From IMG/VR virus record IMGVR_UViG_3300017766_002535, positions 1,580-65,579 of that record: DNA of 64,000 bases, one strand, 5' to 3'. Source of the DNA: a virus. Lineage: Duplodnaviria > Caudoviricetes. The position numbers and the translations under genes were made by a program. How positions within the stretch are numbered: the stretch's first letter is position 1; every line of letters starts with the position of its first letter. The notes under the pieces were generated by a model, which was not told the DNA's origin, searched no databases, and worked only from the letters and a program-made list of their open reading frames with translations. This document shows positions 62,101-64,000 of the stretch, piece after piece.

Positions 62101-64000
62101 ACCGTTTATGTGTTCGACGAGATCGACAGCCGCACCGGCAAATTCCGCCAGCACAAGGTCATGGGCGGATTCCGCACCGAGCAGGATGCGTTCGGCGCCT
62201 ACATCGGCACGTCGACCAAGAGCGCGGAGACGCTGGGCGCAAGCACGCCCATGTCGGTTGATGAGTTCAAGACTTGGCTGGCGGAAGGCGACACCACCAA
62301 GGCGCTACAGCCGGATGTGTTGCGCGAGAAGAAGCGCGAGGCTCGCAAGGCCGAGCGCGAAGAACGCAACACGCCGATGGCGCTGGAAGATGTGCCGGAT
62401 TCGACGATCAATCGTTTCAGCAAAAAAATGCTGGAACGGCTGTTCGATGAAAGCGGCGAGCGCATCACCGACATTGTTGTGCAGCCGGGGCGAGAGGCCG
62501 CAACCCATTTTGATCGCGCCGGTCTCACTGGCGAGAACGGGCTACTGACGCGCGAGGGTGTTCAAAGGCTCATCGCCGAGCAGGACCGGCGTAAACTGGC
62601 ATCCTCGGGACCCGTGAAGGCCGAGGATGCCAGTCCCGCGTCTGCTGAGGCCGCACGTACATCCGGCGCAGTCCCGAAGGAAACCCCAAGCCCGGCGCCG
62701 GGGGCGGAGGCCGGTGGGTCCAAGCTTGCAACGCAGAAAAAGCCGACCAGTTCCGATGAGACGGTGACGCTGCTGCAGTTCCTCGCCAGCCGCGGCGGGC
62801 TCGCGCCGGATCCGGAACTCACCGCGCTCGACATCGGCGACCACCGCGTCCAGATCCCGGGCCGCAAGGGCTTCTTCGGTCTCATCCGGCCCACGGGCAT
62901 GAAGCTCGACATGGCGCGCGAGGCGGCCGAGGAGGCCGGCTACCTGCGCGGCGAGCACAACAAGACGTCGACCGTCCGCGATTTGCTCGATGCGATCGAC
63001 GAGGGCCTGCGCGGCCAGCACAAGGTTGCCGAAGGCGACGAGGGCAAGACCACCAAGCGGCAGCGCACATCGCTCAAGGAATCGAGCGACGCGGCGCGCG
63101 ACGCGGCGATCATCGCCAACACCGAGGCGATCCAGGCTGAATACACCGAGCTTCCGGAAGGTCTCGCCGAGCAGGCCGCGACCATCATGGCCGACGAACT
63201 GCTTGACCTCGACAGCGCGGTCGAGATGGCCGCGGTGCGCGCGGTCAACGAGGATACCGATTTCGAGATCGACGACAACAGCATCGTTGAAACCTATGGC
63301 GATGGAGTGTTCCATGAAATTTCGCCCGGACCAGCACCAAAGGATGGCGGGGCTTCTGCATCAGCGGGCGATCAAGAGCAACGACCCGGTGAAGGCAAAG
63401 AAGCAAGCGGCGATGGCAAACCTGATGCGCGTGCTGGCGAGGAAGGCAGCGAAGCGGAAGGCATAGAGCGGCCATATCCCTACACGGCAGACCGCACCCA
63501 GCCGACGCAAATTGTCCCGCTCCCGATGGAGCTGGCCGAGTTTGCTGAGATCACCGACGAGTGGGCGGCGCTGTTCGCCGACCCCGATCAGCGCGTCAAC
63601 CTCGAAACCAAGCTGGGCAAGGGTCCGTTCATCCCGCTGGCGGAAGCGCAGGCGCGCGTCGACCAATGGCGCGCGGACGCTGCCGCCCAAGCCGAGAACT
63701 CTGAAACCTTCCAGGCCAACAGCACCAAGACCATCCTCTCGCTGTACGACCTGACCGGCAATTGGGCGCGTCCGTGGGCCGAGGCTGGCTACAACGTGCT
63801 GACGTTCGACATCCAGTCCGGCCAGGACGTTCACGATTTCAGTGTCGAATGGTTCAACGACAACTACGACATCACCGACGTCTACGGCATGTTGATCGCG
63901 CAGCCCTGCACCGACTTCGCGGTGTCGGGCGCGAAGCACTTTGCCAAGAAGGATGCTGCCGGCGACACCGCAAGGTCGATTGAGCTGGTTCATCAATCGC
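59182..64000 (+). CDS. Giant polyvalent ejection protein, N-terminal part (>=1606 aa, open at right edge; not in ORF track); inorganic-pyrophosphatase-like and C5-cytosine MTase domains
   Basis: I read the frame codon by codon from ATG 59182 to 63999 with no stop. GLPISIE...YGYFPGTVGADGMHVDLYLG...HKVMGGF (61924-62290); ILSLYDLTGNW..PW.EAGY.V..FDI..G.D...IAQPCTDFAVSG (63727-64000). Confidence 0.9.
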   Translation, partial: MAFEDSLIGNGDDFDPHAATESLIRQVTPEPLPGGSLDPRMLNTRLARKLGRPTPVEPMPSVAEPGHLEQQTPDFSAQAIEPAAAISTDADFSGQAVEPPMIGPEAPPATNNPSPSYAVEFGKGVAEGGKNMGAAALKGVAAVGIPTVAAPELLDELQNLKDKTPAQLAKLQGRVLRDVSDRGLQMDYIAALRRISQGADPKAEVETLKPKFEANNKRATEPVADKPLFKAGQAVEEFGKETLKAAPGFEGSWTRDIGSGAGSMAAGIALSMVPGIGPAAAGTLFTAAGMGEAADRAVKGGATPEQTRLAAKLGGVAGATDLVDALIPMLGGTGKALGFIKRMGVAAVKGALMEGGQEGLQQLAQNAIAKGIYKPDQDLFEDVPRSMAIAAILGGAGGGISGAASRDRQDAPAGIAPPPGGGAAPGPSGDPAGGPSSPDDIADFVRRARESAPPPEGENTRASGADTRSSAPDPASMSEAERQRAYTASRESHGGASETEILKAAGLDPAAMDEQERIDAVIRATKGAGSQKPAGDPAAEQPAAGPRQEAPETEGSHLRYATLREAGYSDEDIDNMSASQRKAEFNDAIAAGIKPGAAMTKHKKRAPKAAETAPEQPASSPERPVDTGMGFGNLGNAGKDIGDSLRDHLWSRAEAGEVTESSTGGPSALLQGAKMVRERGGLKTRDEFVAYAEEQSKLTPGSPTFQQDMRALVEKHSKNDTGQNVPESRATLKAQQNQLIAGERAAQMFPKGTREMPLPPGMERVETERGIFHFDPKKTTAKKITEASAAGRENELLGLGSFSKADIEQRQGERNVTIVERTPDGTEVRAAVGTESTADQQRAEMERGKSPGNTVSFETAEQTLDGRKPKGTRADPIEIKSAADVDAVAKPATNEHTHAQGEANNRQLGHGKWNGLPISIEVAPGGVRKMVNPETGENVEVTHGGAAYGYFPGTVGADGMHVDLYLGNAPDSPTVYVFDEIDSRTGKFRQHKVMGGFRTEQDAFGAYIGTSTKSAETLGASTPMSVDEFKTWLAEGDTTKALQPDVLREKKREARKAEREERNTPMALEDVPDSTINRFSKKMLERLFDESGERITDIVVQPGREAATHFDRAGLTGENGLLTREGVQRLIAEQDRRKLASSGPVKAEDASPASAEAARTSGAVPKETPSPAPGAEAGGSKLATQKKPTSSDETVTLLQFLASRGGLAPDPELTALDIGDHRVQIPGRKGFFGLIRPTGMKLDMAREAAEEAGYLRGEHNKTSTVRDLLDAIDEGLRGQHKVAEGDEGKTTKRQRTSLKESSDAARDAAIIANTEAIQAEYTELPEGLAEQAATIMADELLDLDSAVEMAAVRAVNEDTDFEIDDNSIVETYGDGVFHEISPGPAPKDGGASASAGDQEQRPGEGKEASGDGKPDARAGEEGSEAEGIERPYPYTADRTQPTQIVPLPMELAEFAEITDEWAALFADPDQRVNLETKLGKGPFIPLAEAQARVDQWRADAAAQAENSETFQANSTKTILSLYDLTGNWARPWAEAGYNVLTFDIQSGQDVHDFSVEWFNDNYDITDVYGMLIAQPCTDFAVSGAKHFAKKDAAGDTARSIELVHQS
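63314..63466 (+). CDS. Nested +1-frame small basic helical protein (50 aa) overprinted in giant gene
   Basis: GGAG at 63304-63307, ATG at 63314; MKFRPDQHQRMAGLLHQRAIKSNDPVKAKKQAAMANLMRVLARKAAKRKA; host-frame third positions 60% A/T (30/50) versus mostly G/C in the flanks. Confidence 0.7.
   Translation: MKFRPDQHQRMAGLLHQRAIKSNDPVKAKKQAAMANLMRVLARKAAKRKA

Noticed and set aside
62627-62767. 46-aa +1 ORF in a linker of the giant protein
   Set aside because: Arg/Pro junk composition typical of an off-frame read and a poorly spaced SD. It would need conservation data to reconsider.
1-64000. CRISPR array, diversity-generating retroelement, retron, IS elements or introns
   Set aside because: I saw no regularly spaced repeat-spacer array, reverse transcriptase (YADD-type) ORF, transposase, or template/variable repeat pair.

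Overview
Nearly the whole window is one high-GC tailed phage genome. It is podovirus-like (P22/T7-type portal, nozzle and ejection-protein architecture) and probably infects an alphaproteobacterium; a Bradyrhizobium-like host is inferred from gene families and codon style. Layout: C-terminal part of a giant ejected 'polyvalent' protein (2-9814, open at the left edge; N6-adenine MTase, SF2 helicase, HExxH peptidase, LPD38-like tail); lysis cassette (9.8-12.2 kb); leftward recombination/early genes (12.2-18.9 kb; ERF, DnaQ-like exonuclease); a divergent promoter/operator with one Cro-like HTH; about 45 tightly packed small accessory genes (19-36.5 kb) with an adenine MTase, an atypical tRNA, DUF2303 and a DUF1376 initiator; a highly structured 470-nt intergenic region; a second transglycosylase; terminase, portal, fibre module, scaffold, major capsid, adaptor, tail fibre, nozzle and ejection proteins. 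The window ends in the N-terminal part of a giant protein (59182 to >64000, absent from the ORF track; pyrophosphatase-like and C5-cytosine MTase domains). The two edge ORFs are probably one gene of at least ~4,870 aa split by the window or contig origin. I saw no integrase, CI/Cro pair, partition system or DNA polymerase. The most striking observation is that this giant gene is dual-coding. At least three small genes with their own Shine-Dalgarno sites are overprinted in its +1 frame: a TnpV-like protein just before the MTase-helicase module, and two paralogous basic proteins, each following a duplicated helical domain of the giant protein. All family assignments come from motif recognition by eye, not database searches.
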